Below, in pieces: positions 36,699-49,496 of a DNA stretch of 64,000 bases. A program made the translations under genes and the position numbers. Source of the stretch: Phoronis australis. Taxonomy: Eukaryota > Animalia > Phoronida. The stretch's first letter is position 1. Each line of letters starts with the position of its first letter. Under the pieces are notes generated by a model. That model searched no databases. It worked only from the letters and a program-made list of their open reading frames with translations, and was not told the DNA's origin. The stretch spans positions 319,202 to 383,201 of the forward strand of contig NMRA01000398.1 in assembly GCA_002633005.1 (NCBI GenBank). Direction: 5' to 3'.

Positions 36699-38078
36699 GT
36701 GGTTCTGCTTCTCTGCAGTCTTACAACAGCAGCAGTCAATGTGGTGTTGTCTATCAAAAGCTACTACAGTTATCCATACCACCAAACGGCGGCAAAGATA
36801 TACACAGCTGACAAGCCCTTCCCCAGTGTCTCTGTGTGTAATACTGCTCCCACCACAACGACTCAAATGGAGAATATTTATATGCAAATGTTATCAACCG
36901 TATCAACATGTCTATTAAACGACTTCACATTTTATCACGAAAAAAATAAAAAGTATGGAGGCTTTGCAATCATTTATGATAACGTTGACAGAATAGGTGA
37001 CTACATGTGGAAAATGGAGGATATCATAATTGATTGTCAGTACGACAGTAAAAAGTGCAACAACAGCAAAATAATTGAGTTTTTAAACCCTTATTATGGT
37101 CGATGTTTCACTCTTAACATGGATGACGATTCTTTGAAGAAAACTGGAGACGAGAACGGACTATCGCTCATCCTGTACTCTTACACTTATAAAACAAGTT
37201 TAGAGATGCAGGTAAACCAGTCATTGACGTATTCCCCATTGATAGATGCCAACTCTCACGGGCTAAGAGTAATTGTGCATAATGAAGGAGAGTTTGTAAA
37301 TCCGTCGGTGAATTCTTTAAAAATAGCGCCTGGGCTGTCAACATCCATTTCGGTTCACCCCATCAAAAAAGTGCGACTCGGTCCACCGTTTGAATCAAAA
37401 TGTTCCATGAAAACCTATTGGAGTTCTAAAGAAAATTGTCTACGGGCCTGTGAACAATCGTACGTGGTCGATAGGTGTCACTGCAAAGACTCAGACCTGC
37501 CGATAAAACACCACCCTGCTGTGCCATTTTGCGGCAACGTCTCGGCTATCGTCAACTGCACTAAAACAACGTGGTCGAACCAAGTAGATTGTATGTTAAA
37601 AGCAAAGGACGAGTTCCAATTTAAATACCACAAGCGCTGTGACTGCCAGGAAGCTTGCGAAGAGTACAATTTTAAGTTAAGTCATTCTGCGTTTATTTGG
37701 CCCAGTGACTACGCACCAGCAGCGTTTTACAGGCTTTATGTCGAGAATAAGGCATCGTCTATCGCCTACAAGGATATGTCTAAATACAGTATGGAGTTCA
37801 TGTTGAGGAAAAAATTAATCAATCGCCACTTTGCGCAAGTGAATGTTTTCTTCAATAATGACGAAGTTGAAACGATTACCGAGACAGCAAAGTATCCCAA
37901 TTGGACGTGGAGCCTGATGTCAGAAATCGGAGGTCATTTGGGCTTTTGGTGCGGCGTTTCTATTCTGACATTGACCGATGCGCTACTTTTCGTGTTGAAT
38001 GTCATGCTCAGAAGACAAAAATCACGAAGCGTCACCAATGTTGTCAATGTAGTACAAGTTCAGAATGTTGAAAAATGA
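36699..38078 (+). CDS. DEG/ENaC (ASIC/degenerin superfamily) channel gene, coding exon 2 (TM1, whole ectodomain, TM2, stop); full protein ~495 aa
   Basis: Acceptor ccttccag|GTG. Motifs FPSVSVCN, YGRCFTLN, GLSLIL, GLRVIVH, Cys-rich thumb, C..ACEE..F, and TM2 LMSEIGGHLGFWCGVS with a GxS filter. Confidence 0.95.
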   Translation: MVLLLCSLTTAAVNVVLSIKSYYSYPYHQTAAKIYTADKPFPSVSVCNTAPTTTTQMENIYMQMLSTVSTCLLNDFTFYHEKNKKYGGFAIIYDNVDRIGDYMWKMEDIIIDCQYDSKKCNNSKIIEFLNPYYGRCFTLNMDDDSLKKTGDENGLSLILYSYTYKTSLEMQVNQSLTYSPLIDANSHGLRVIVHNEGEFVNPSVNSLKIAPGLSTSISVHPIKKVRLGPPFESKCSMKTYWSSKENCLRACEQSYVVDRCHCKDSDLPIKHHPAVPFCGNVSAIVNCTKTTWSNQVDCMLKAKDEFQFKYHKRCDCQEACEEYNFKLSHSAFIWPSDYAPAAFYRLYVENKASSIAYKDMSKYSMEFMLRKKLINRHFAQVNVFFNNDEVETITETAKYPNWTWSLMSEIGGHLGFWCGVSILTLTDALLFVLNVMLRRQKSRSVTNVVNVVQVQNVEK

Positions 38079-39994
38079 CGCACCCAAACATCGCGTTGTG
38101 TGCTCATATTATTTACCTTCATGAATAGAACGAAATATACATGATTGCAGTTTAGATATCTTAATGAGGTTAGCAAAGCATTCCAACGTAGAAAGATATT
38201 CAGTTTGCTACCTGTCTTCATTTACATGTAGATGTGAAAATGAACCCTTTGAGTGCTTGGGGGCTAGAACAGCAAAACATACATATCGAGAAGTCACTGT
38301 AATTGCTAATAACATCATTTTATATCAGCATTTTGTCAAAATTGAGACACTTGTCTATCTACATGGATTCCGCGGCAAATGCGGTGCATGATTTGGATAT
38401 TCGCCCTCATATGTTCTCAGTGTCTTCATCATGTTGTTTCTGGACAGAAGAGGTTCCTCGTATGCAATGACGAAACGGTGATCATGGGGTGAAATCATCC
38501 AGCATCAAAAATCGAAAATAAAAGACTGGTTGTATTGATAGAGGGTGTCCCAAAACAGTAGCAGTGAGATTTAAAATTTGTACATCGTAATCCAGATATG
38601 ATGTTCTCATAAACGTGGCTGGTAACGATAAATACTTCTCATGTATGAGTTTAGAAAATATCTCCCTAAATGTGTTTTTCCGTGTCATGTGACGGTTCGC
38701 TCATCAAAGGTGTTTGACCAATATTCTGATCTGACTGGCTACTGCAAATATGGTCTACTTAGGGACTGAGAGTACTCTGAACAAGCGATAATTGATGCCC
38801 ACGTAGCTTTATCATGCAAGTGTGTAATGATACGTTTTGTGTGCAATTTGGGCAAAACTTCATCGATAACAAATCAATGCCAGAACACTTGTACAAACCA
38901 TCGAAGCTTTTAGGCTGGTGTATCAAGTATTCAAGCGCAAGGTATCCATTAAAACTGTTTACTTGAACATTAGGATGAATTCAAAGACGAGTCAATTAAT
39001 GGTCAAGGGAAATATGCGCCTTTTCAAATTCGATTCCGAACATAGTGGTGTGTGGCTGTTGATTGTCTGCGTGTGTGCATGTGACATGAAATTAGATCTT
39101 GCATATTATTTTTTCATCAGATATGAAGACCCCATAATGAAAGAGACATTCACTTATATACCGTACAGCATTCTTCGTTGCTTGTAATTTTCATTTACAA
39201 AGTAATTAAAACTCCCTGCATTTATTCAGCTGGATAAAAATAGCAAAATACTTAATGGGTAACGATATTCTATAGTTCAAGACCATTACTATTTTCAAAA
39301 TACATGTAATGTTATTCCACACAGACAAAAGAAGACTTCAAATAACATTAAAGTTGTGTGCCCTAACTATACGTGCATTTAATTAAATGATCTCTCGTAG
39401 AATGGATTTTACCACTAGTTAGTTAAGTCGAAACTTACGCCCAAGTAATTAAAGTTCAAGAAAACCCAAGGTTATTTCAAATATAATTAAAGTTGATGTG
39501 AATGTTTTATTTTTGGTGAAGCACCACAGCCTAAAATGGCCACCGTTTCGATGCCAGATTACTCATGTATTGTGCGTACTCACCTAGCTGCTGCCATACA
39601 TGAATGTAATGAGACTTCCGAGGAACCAACCCCTAACTCAACTTTAGTTCCGAGTTCATGAATGCGAAGGGAAGAGTATAACTGAAATTGATTGTATTTT
39701 CAAACTAGAGCATCATTTCCTTTGAGGCACCATGTTGGATAATTATGAATTACCTGTAGACACCATACAATAAGACGCACCCGTTTACAACTTCATCACT
39801 TGCAAAAGAATGGCTTGTTCATTCATCCGCACTGAAAGGGATTTGTTTCAAATGTAAAAATCACGTTGATATGTACTTTGAAATGCAGAGATAGTGTCTC
39901 TCTGTTACAATAAAAAGAGCGACGCGGAGAGTCGAAATGTGCCCACAAATGCACCGCAAACTGGTTGCTTCTAAGGTTGCTTATTTGTATCATA

Positions 39995-41000
39995 AATTTA
40001 CACTAGGTGGCGCAAAAACAACGTCCAATTCATCCAAAAACGGAAACACGCCGTCTCTTTTGTAATAACAAGTTATTTACATATATTCCTAAAAATCTGT
40101 CAAGGAACTTAAGAGAAACAAAGGAAAATGAAAAAATGAAATTGCCACTAGGAGGCACAGCGTTCGTTGGATCCGCCTAAAAGTCGTCACTTTGTGCTGC
40201 TTTTTTCATATAAATAAACTTACTAAAGTTAATGCGGCAGTGCTTTTGAAGATGTAAAACAAAACAAAACTACCACTAGGAGGTGCCACACCAGTCGACG
40301 TCGCCATCGTCAACCGTGTTCTTCACACTGAGAACGCCACTTTGCACAATCATCCATAAAACGGTTTGGTTGATAGAAGGGTGGACGCCAAAAACAGACT
40401 CCAAAACAGTAAACAATGACCACAAGGTGGAGCAAACTACGTCGAATGTATCTGAAAACGGGATGATTGCGTCATCACACTAGTAGATGCCTATATGCTA
40501 AATTTTATGAAAATCCGCTGAGGACCTTTGAAGATACGAAGGTAAACGTAAAAAACTAAAATTGCCACTAGGGGGCACACCGCTGGGCAGATCCGTCTGA
40601 AAGTCGTTATCGCCCATTGTCAACAACATATAAATACCCATGCTAAATTTTTTAAATAACCTACAAACGGTTTAGGAGATACAACAATGAGTTAAAAAAA
40701 TGCCACTAAGAACGCCACAGTAGGCCTAGTTAAAGTCGTCGGAAAATCATCAAGATCCGTTTTCTTCACAGCAAGAACATACACGCCAATTTTCACAATC
40801 GTCCTTAGAGCGGTTTGGTTAATAGATGGCCACTAGGTGGGCCCAACTACGCCATATCCATCCGAATAGCGTCGCTCTACTAATAGATACATGTACCTAC
40901 ATGTATATGCCAAACTTTATGAGAATAAGTTTAGGATCTTTGAAGATACAAAGGTAAACGTATAAAAACAAAATTGCCACTAGGGGCACACCAGTAGTCG
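39995..41000 (+). promoter_or_regulatory. Diverged ~145-bp tandem repeat, each unit carrying a CTCF-like CCACTAGG(G/T/A)GGC(A/G)C motif
   Basis: Motifs at ~40000, 40145, 40273, 40420, 40565, 40703 (weak), 40830 and 40977, with further partial units at 41847 and 41991. All on the same strand. Binding is not demonstrated. Confidence 0.55.
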
Positions 41001-42390
41001 GATTCGACCGAAATTTTGCTCATGCCCTCCCATCCATGAAAGAAACACCTGTGCAAATTTTATGAAGACACATCAAAGGGTTTTGAAGATCGACTCCGGA
41101 CGGACGCTCATAACAATGAAAGTAACAAATCGTTGACAATTATGGCGAAATCGATGTGTCAGTTGCCGCACCGTGGAATCGAATGCTAGTACCTCTTTAA
41201 TCGCAACATACATGTAGCTTTAACTTGCAGTCTTTAATTACGGATTATTTTCTACATTTTAAATGGTAACAGTGCAGAGGATTATTTCAGCGAATGTCTC
41301 ACGGAGGAATGACGTAAAATCACAGAAACGCAGTCTGTGTATTTTGTTGTTTTACAAACGTGGTCAAAGCCAAATATAAGAAATCTTAACCACTTAGTAG
41401 GAACCATGAAAAGGCGTTTTTCTACATGTACCAACTTGCTCTCGGTTTCAGGGGACAACTGAGCAATCTACTTACTGTAGGGGCTTGAAAATTTTGGTCG
41501 CAGTGAGTATACAGATCTGTTTGAAGTCCAGTGTTACAAGGGGTGGGGTTAAGTTAAGTATCACGTTACATTCGTTACTAAGGGTCGGATTTCTTAGTTA
41601 ATGTTTAAATGATTTAATAAAATAGAACTATGAAACTCAATATTTGCAAAATCGCTGATGATCCTCCAAAATTTTAATTTGCACCAAAATTATATTCATT
41701 CCACTGAGTTTTTTCAAATCTTAAATTTTGGCCGAAATAGTAGCAATTTCAACGTGAAACATGCCAATTTTAACCATCATCCTTAGAGCGGTTTGGTTAA
41801 TAGATGGTTGGACGCAAAAAAGCAGACTCGAAAACAGCAAAAGTGGCTACTAGGTGGCGCAAACTACGTCATATCTATCCAAAAACGGAGAATAGCGTCA
41901 CTCTACTAATAGATACCTATATGGCAAACTTTATGAAAATGCGTTTAGGATCTTTGTGGATACAGAGGTAAACGTAAAAAAACACAATTGCCACTAGGAA
42001 CCATGGAAAGGCGTTTTTCTACCAACTTGCTCTCGGTTTCAGGGGACAACTGAGCAATCTACTTACTGTAGGGGCTTAACAAATTTTGGTCGCAGTGAGT
42101 TTACAAAACTGGTAGAAGTCCAGTGTTACAGGGGGTGGAGCTAAGATAAGCATCATGTTACCTTTGTAACTAAACATCGGATTTCTTAGATAATGTTTAA
42201 ATGATTTAATAGAATGAAAATATGAAACCCCAATATTTGTAAACTCGCTGATGAACCCCAAAATTTTTTGCACCAAAAATATACTCATTCTACTGAGTTT
42301 TTTCAAATCTTAAATTTTGGCCGAAATTGTATCAATTTCCAAGACAAACATGCAAATCCTGTTATTTAATGTTAATTAATACGATATCCA
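40330..42390. repeat. Block duplicated at 47637-49185 (probable second haplotype); contains an internal partial duplication at 41780-42390
   Basis: gagaacgccactttgcacaatca... restarts immediately after n47636; very high identity. Confidence 0.85.
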
Positions 42391-45300
42391 GTTTGGAATT
42401 TTCAGCCCCAAAACTCCGCTGTCAGAAATGAAGGTGTCAAATATCCTTAAAAACTGAGTCTTCATTTTTGGCTCTCGTGCTAAATGGCCTTAAATGTAAT
42501 TTCCGGGCATGCTTTTGTAGAAAGAATAAATAAATAGGCAGACTTTGTAAGCTCGTGCGAAAAACTGCATGCATCTGGAAAATACGGAGTACATTGAGCT
42601 CCGTGAGCGATCACGACAGCTGGCCATTGCTCTCATGCACATCCGCAACCATAAAGTATTTTAAAATATGTTGTTACGTGGGTCCGTTCGGCCTTGGCGA
42701 CCGGTTACTTCGAGGTTGGCAAAAGAAGTAAGGTTCCCCGCTGACGCCACTATTCATATAATTAGTAACATGGGATCCCCACATCAAGCCAAGTCCACGA
42801 TACCTTTAATTCTCTTATATCCTTGAGCAAACGATTGGCCGAGGCCATTTTTGTTACCTGTAGCAAACAATATTACTGCTCATTTCCAGTTAATGGAATA
42901 ATGTCTTCGTTCACATTTAGGGACTGTCACCCATAAACTGGAATTGCTGATCCACAGCGCTCCTTATCCAGTTTTTTTAATGTTGCCCCACCCCACGGGG
43001 TGCGCTAATGATGGAATCAACTTAATATATATTTCTCTATTTGGGAAATCGTGCGACCTTTATGTTAAGGCAGGTCACCTCTTGGAGATCAATTTTGATG
43101 GATTTAACTGTCATTTGTTTCCATTGTTGATAATCTGACATATCAGGAAGATCTCTCTCTCGGTAAATGCCCCTCCTATAAATCTGGCACTGTCGACTAC
43201 ATACAAATGCACGTATTGTCATGTGAAGCACAACAGCATCAAGGCATACAGCTCGTGCAACCAAAGACGTACATGTAAATTGGTATTGAAAAACACAAAC
43301 CTTCCCACTGGTATCTACGGCTTAAACTGTGAATGACATGACGACAATTAGTGAATTACACAAGACAATGAATGCCGATGATTTTTAACGTTAAAAGGAT
43401 CGATAGTTTTCCCAAGAATTCCAAGTGTTAATTTTGCTACAGATCATTTATAGAAATTCATTGCTGATGAAGAAAAAGACACTTGTGGAAGATTCATGCG
43501 TCGAAAAGACTGCCGGGGATTTTTGAGCCTGATGAGTTTAGGTGTATACATGCATTTATCCTATGGCCATGAAATACGGGTCGTATTGTGTGGTTTGATA
43601 TGGAAGAACTACATGTACGTTTCCGTACTCAACGCGCGTTGAATACGGATGCCTTCATTCTCGCCAAAAATCAATTTCGAGTTCAGTTCCGTGCGCATGA
43701 GTTCTGAAAACTAAACAAGAAAGTGAAATAAAAATATCGTTGACAATGTTTCTAAATATACCGGTACTGTGAAATTTTGCATCTGAGTAGGACACATAAA
43801 TCACCAAAAGTCTCCAACTTGCCACAATATATTTGGAATTAGGAAAGCAATATACATGTACGTTACAAATGCACATGGTCACCTATTGCACTACGCCTGT
43901 TGAGGTTCTTACGGTCAAATATGAGTCAAATTTGTTCTCAAAACAGTCAAAATACGTCGAGCCCAAAATCAAAACGGCAACTTCTGTAAACACTGTATTT
44001 TTGTCAATTTTACGATAAATTTCGGAATACTTTCTACATAAGAATGATAAGAACCGAGTGCAAGGAGCATTTTTAAGAAGCGTCTGAACGTGCATCAGCC
44101 ACAACGTCCTGCACAGATATTACTCAACGAAGTCAAGAAAAATCGTCGGAAATGTAAGTTAACTTTAACTTAGAAATAGATTTAGCTCAAACAATGACAA
44201 AAATACCGAAAATAGCAGATATGCACTCCAAGCCTGTAGCTTCTGTAAATTACAACTTGACTACCGTGTCATGCAGGCTGCAAAAAAAATCATTCACAAA
44301 AAATTGCGTCCACGTGTACGTGTCACGCGATTTGCGATCATCATTGGTAAAACATGACTAACGACACCCAAAACAAGAGGTGCAATCAGTGTAATAGGAT
44401 AATTCGCCCTCGTTCAATTACTTTTGCATATCACGAATCTCGATAGAATAACCATTGGTACAAACACGTACTTTGTATACATGTAACCTACTGTATATGT
44501 CTAGCAAATGAGGGTAAACACAAATGTCTACGATTTTAGAATTGCAAATTTAACTTGTAAACTGTAAGAGGCTACCACTGACTTGAATGAACCGGAATTC
44601 ACGTCAAATAAACCTGAACATTTTCTTGAGCCGTGGAGGCCGCTAAACTCCTCGTGGGATACATCCCGCACCGTGCTCTATCAAACGCCTATAAAATATT
44701 TGTGTACATACTTAGGAGAATCGTCTAAAATCCATCAAGTAATTTACTGAGTTGAGAAACGTCTCGCAACTAAATGTAATTAGCTACCTGCAGTTTCAAA
44801 GGGAGTGCTGCCGTTTCAGTGTTGAAACTCCCTAATTTGCGAAGTCTTTAATGAAATGATCTGAAACAAGCATATCAACTAAATCAACAAGTGTATCATG
44901 TTCTTTTCTGTTGGAATTTTGTTCATGAGGAAGATATTGCCTAAGTTCACAATGTCGTTTCCATACTGCAGCCTAGAGCCGTTTTCGTTTCGACGTCTTG
45001 CTTCAAAATGCTAAGCGGTGCAGCACCAGAAAAAACCCAGCGGCATGAAAAGGATGCAAAATTGCCGTCTAGTGTAAAGGACTGTACGAGGTAAACATTA
45101 AGGTTTTGAAGTTAGTACAGACTGACCTTCGGCTGTGGTTTCCTATAACGATGGAATTCTACAATGCTACAGCGTGTTCATTTAGAATGTTACGGCTGAA
45201 GGAGTTGAGGTGACGCTATTTATCAAGACAGGTTGGTGCGTATTGGCGCAAAAAGGCAAGCTACTGCGGTAATATCCATGGATGGACATACATGTATTTA

Positions 45301-45694
45301 TCGAGTTTCTTGTGTGAAAGAGTTATATACCTTCCATGTTTATGTCCAATGCCATGCTAAGAAATTTCTTAGTGAAAGGTAAGTGAATTTAGCAAAAAAC
45401 TATTATGAATTCACACCAAACCTTTTGTTTTAAAACTCACAAATTTAAATGGGCCATTTTACCGAAACGTTTCCTTGCTTGCCCATCTTTTTCTTTGTTT
45501 GCCTAACTAAAGCAATAATAACTGGTGGTGTCACATTCCCGACAGTCCCCGTTTGAAGTTATGCCCTTGAAGAAATGTGTTGAAGACGGTAGCGTAGCTG
45601 ACGAGTGTTTCATCTGCCAAGGGAAATTGTCGATTTTTGAACACATAACAATCTACGTGAGGACGCTGACTAGGAAGTCCGATTCGACGCTATT

Positions 45695-47635
45695 ACGTAT
45701 GGTGACTAGTCAGATTGCGGCGCAGGAATAGATGCTGTTTAGCACGAGTGCCATTCTCCAGTCCAGTATGAAAGTTCTGAATCCCAAAATTAACTCTGGA
45801 TAGGGCAGTGAAGTGCATACCACCAAATCCTGGTGACATGGCGTTGATATTTGCAGCACTAATCTGGTCACATGAGAACGCTGCGAAGGAACGTGGGAGT
45901 AACGCATCTTTCATGGAGAGTGCTCTCAATGAAATATCTTGCCCACGTAAAACCTTTAAGGCATCAGTGTATTTAGCGCCTGTAACTATGGAAGTTTAGT
46001 CCAGTTAAGAATTTCGCTTTGAACGTTGACAATGCACTCACCGGACTCTATACCATCTGTCAAAACGTCACCTGTTCAGGAGACAAGTCTTGGGAAAGAA
46101 TGATGGACTAAAGGCAAACGTGCGTGGTTTGGGCGTGTGTCGAGAATGTATAAATCGGAAGTGAGCATTAAATATATAGGGAGTGATTTTATTGCTTCCT
46201 TTTACGCCTTCTAATGGCCTAAGAGTGTCAAAAAGTTAGGTGCAACGCAACTATTTAGTCTCATTTTTTTCTTACAGGAGGCATATTTCAAAATATGGAG
46301 CTGTATACCTAAACAGTGAATGTATTTCTCAAGATCAGTCAACTCGAAATGTTTGGATGTTACATCTAGGAACGGATCCATGATTTTAAGTTCGGGGGGG
46401 GCAGGCAGAGTATCGTCCATGATAGACATTCGCACCCCCGAAGTGCCAAATAGAATATGAAAGAATGTTAGGGTTCCCATGATATCGTTACCCCGCCCCA
46501 AACCCGTCACTGAGCTCGAATTGGTGAAAGGTCCAGAAGATTTCAACACACTAACCTGTATTCAGTCTACAAACACACACCAAAACCTATTAGCATCGGT
46601 CAGTGATGACCTGCGCTCACCACCATCCACGGGAGAATGTGTGACACAAAAATAATAAATTTCGATTTGGATTATTGCAACTACAAAAGCTGCTCTCAAC
46701 CCTTGTCAGATGAAAATTGACTTATGGTCTTGAGAATATGTTGGTGAATAGAATGACAAGTCAAAATATGAAGCCTTGTTCAAAACAGTGGTGTGATCTG
46801 TGAGTTTTTTAGAGACCTAGCATTGAACCTTGCTTTGACAGAGGAACAATTTGAGATCATTTTGATAAGTTAAACAATAAGTGGTCTTACAATTTCTGAG
46901 GTGACGAAACTTGGTTAATAGAGAATTGAGAGTGCGTCATTGTTGAGAACGTTTATTTCAAGTTGATCTGTCAAATAATTCCAATGCGTTGAAAATTGTC
47001 TCTAGTAATGTTGAATTACCAGTTAGAAACACTTCTTGTTTGAGTAAAGAAAAAGGTGAGACCCTTTTTTGTATCAGTGACTGCTCTAACTCAAAAGATA
47101 GCTTATTGGACGAATAGACGATGGAACTGCCTCTTTAGGAAAACCACTTACAACATCAGCACACATGTATCAGGCGGTCCCTTTGGATATCATATCTAAC
47201 ACCTGACAACTTCTTCCTCAATCGTTCATTCCGTTTCCATCGCAATATTAGTGATTTATGCTACCAGATTTCACAGGTCGGCATTTGCAACACCTTCTGA
47301 CTGTCAGCAGAATAGTGCAATGACTGGACTTTTCCTTCTACTCTATGTCAAAATAAAGCTGGCTTGTTAGGCCGAATCGAGGTAAGGAATCCCATACGAT
47401 GTGTTTCCTACTTTCGTTTGTCTTGTGAATGTTGCGTTCGCCAATAGGGCCGTCCTGGATTCCACGGCGACACTCGAATCTCGCTGTATTTACCCGCAAT
47501 GCCATAAAAATCAGCCAGTTTTCTCCGTTGCATTACTCGATATATTCGTCCTACCGATGCTAAAGAAGTATTACTGCTGTACCGAGGGCTGCTACTCCGA
47601 TGTGAGAATGTTTGATAAACTGAATAAATGCCTGT
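45695..47635. repeat. Block duplicated at 49190-51518 (probable second haplotype); its right part is also paralogous to 10613-11720
   Basis: Collinear near-identical sequence ending at n47636. Confidence 0.85.
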
Positions 47636-47719
47636 NGAGAACGCCACTTTGCACAATCACCCATAAAACGGTTTGGTTGATATAAGGGTGGACGCCAAAA
47701 ACAGACTCCAAAACAGTAA

Positions 47720-48360
47720 ACAATGACCACAAGGTGAAGCAAACTACAGTACGTACAGTACTTCAAATCTATCTGAAAACGGGATGATTGCGTCATCGCA
47801 CTAGTAGATGCCTATATGCTAAATTTTATGAAAATCCGCTGAGGACCTTTGAAGATACGGAGGTAAACGTGAAAAACTAAAATTGCCACTAGGGGGCACA
47901 CCGCTGGGCAGATCCGTCTGAAATTCGTCATCGCCCATTGTCAACAACATATAAATACCCTTGCTAAATTTTTAAATAACCTACAAACGTTTTAGGAGAT
48001 ACAACAATGAGTTCAAAAATGCCACTAAGAACGCCACAGTAGGCCTAGTTAAAGTCGTCGGAAAATCATCAAGATCCGTTTCATCACAGCAAGAACATAC
48101 ACGCCAATTTTAACAATTGTCCTTAGAGCGGTTTGGTTAATAGATGGATGGACGCCAAAAAGCAGGATCAAAAACAGCAAAATGGCCACTAGGTGGGCCC
48201 AACTACGCCATATCCATCCGAAAACGGGAGGATAGCGTCACTCGACTAATAGATACCTACATGTACATGTATATGCCAAACTTTATGAGAGTACGTTTAG
48301 GATCTTTGAAGATACAGAGGTAAACGTATAAAAACAAATATGCCACTAGGGGCACACCAG
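47720..48360 (+). promoter_or_regulatory. Second copy of CTCF-like motif repeat array
   Basis: Motifs at ~47728, 47886, 48022, 48186 and 48343. Confidence 0.5.
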
Positions 48361-49496
48361 TAGTCGGATGCGACCGAAATTTTGCTCATGCCCCCCATCC
48401 ATGAAAGAAACACATGTGCAAATTTTATGAAGACACATCAAAGGGTTTTGGAGATAGAGCAGCGGACGCAGGATCGACTCCGGAGGGACGCTCATAACAA
48501 TAAAAGTAACAAATCGTTGACAATTATGGCGAAAGAGATGTGTCAGTTGCCGCACCGTGGAATCGAATCCTAGTACCTCTTTAATCGCAACATACATTTA
48601 GCTTTAACTTGCAGTCTTTAATTACGGATTATTTTCTACATTTTTAATGGTAACAGTGCTGGGGATTATTTCAGTGAATGTCTCACGGAGGAATGACGCA
48701 AAATCACAAAAACGCAGTCTGTGTATTTTGTTGTTTTACAAACGTGGTCAAAGCCAAATATAAGAAATCTTAACCACTTAGTTGGAACCATGGAAAGGCG
48801 TTTTTCTACCAACTTGCTCTCGGTTTCAGGCGACAACTGAGCAATCTACTTACTGTAGGGGCTTAACAATTTTTGGTCGCAGTGAGTGTACAGAACTGGT
48901 AGAAATCCAGTGTTACAGAGAGTGGAGCTAAGATAAGCATCATGTTACCTTTGTAACTAAACATCGGATTTCTTAGATAATGTTTAAATGATGTATTAAA
49001 ATAGAACTATGAAACCCCAATCTTTGTAAACTCGCTGATGATCCCCAAAATGTTTTGCACCAAAAATATACTCATTCTACTGAGTTTTTTCAAATCTTAA
49101 TTTTTGGCCGAAATGGTATCAATTTCCAAGACAAACATGCAAATCCTGTTATTTCATATTAATTAATACGTTATCCTGTTTGCTATTACTTATGGTGATT
49201 AGTCTGACTGCGGCGCAGGAACGGATGCTGTTTAGCACGGGTGCCATTCTCCAGTCCAGTAGGAAAGTTCTGAACCCCAAAATTAACTCTGGATAGGACA
49301 GTGAAGTGCATACCACCAAATCCTGGTGACATGGCGTTGATATTTGCAACACTAATCTGGTCACATGAGAACGCTGCGAAGGAACGTGGGAGTAACGCAT
49401 CTTTCATGGAGAGTGCTCTCAATAAAATATCTTGCCCACGTAAAACCTTTTAGGCATCAGTGTATTTAGCGCCTGTAACTATCACAGTTTAGTCCA

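Noticed and set aside
39995-41000. Regularly spaced conserved motif resembling a CRISPR array
   Set aside because: Eukaryotic context, no cas genes, ~145-bp period, and the spacers are themselves homologous, so this is a diverged tandem repeat.
45693-46075. ORFs 'conserved' between 45.7 kb and 49.2 kb, and a possible 30-nt micro-exon
   Set aside because: Conservation simply reflects the near-identical duplicate; no recognisable domain or linked exons.
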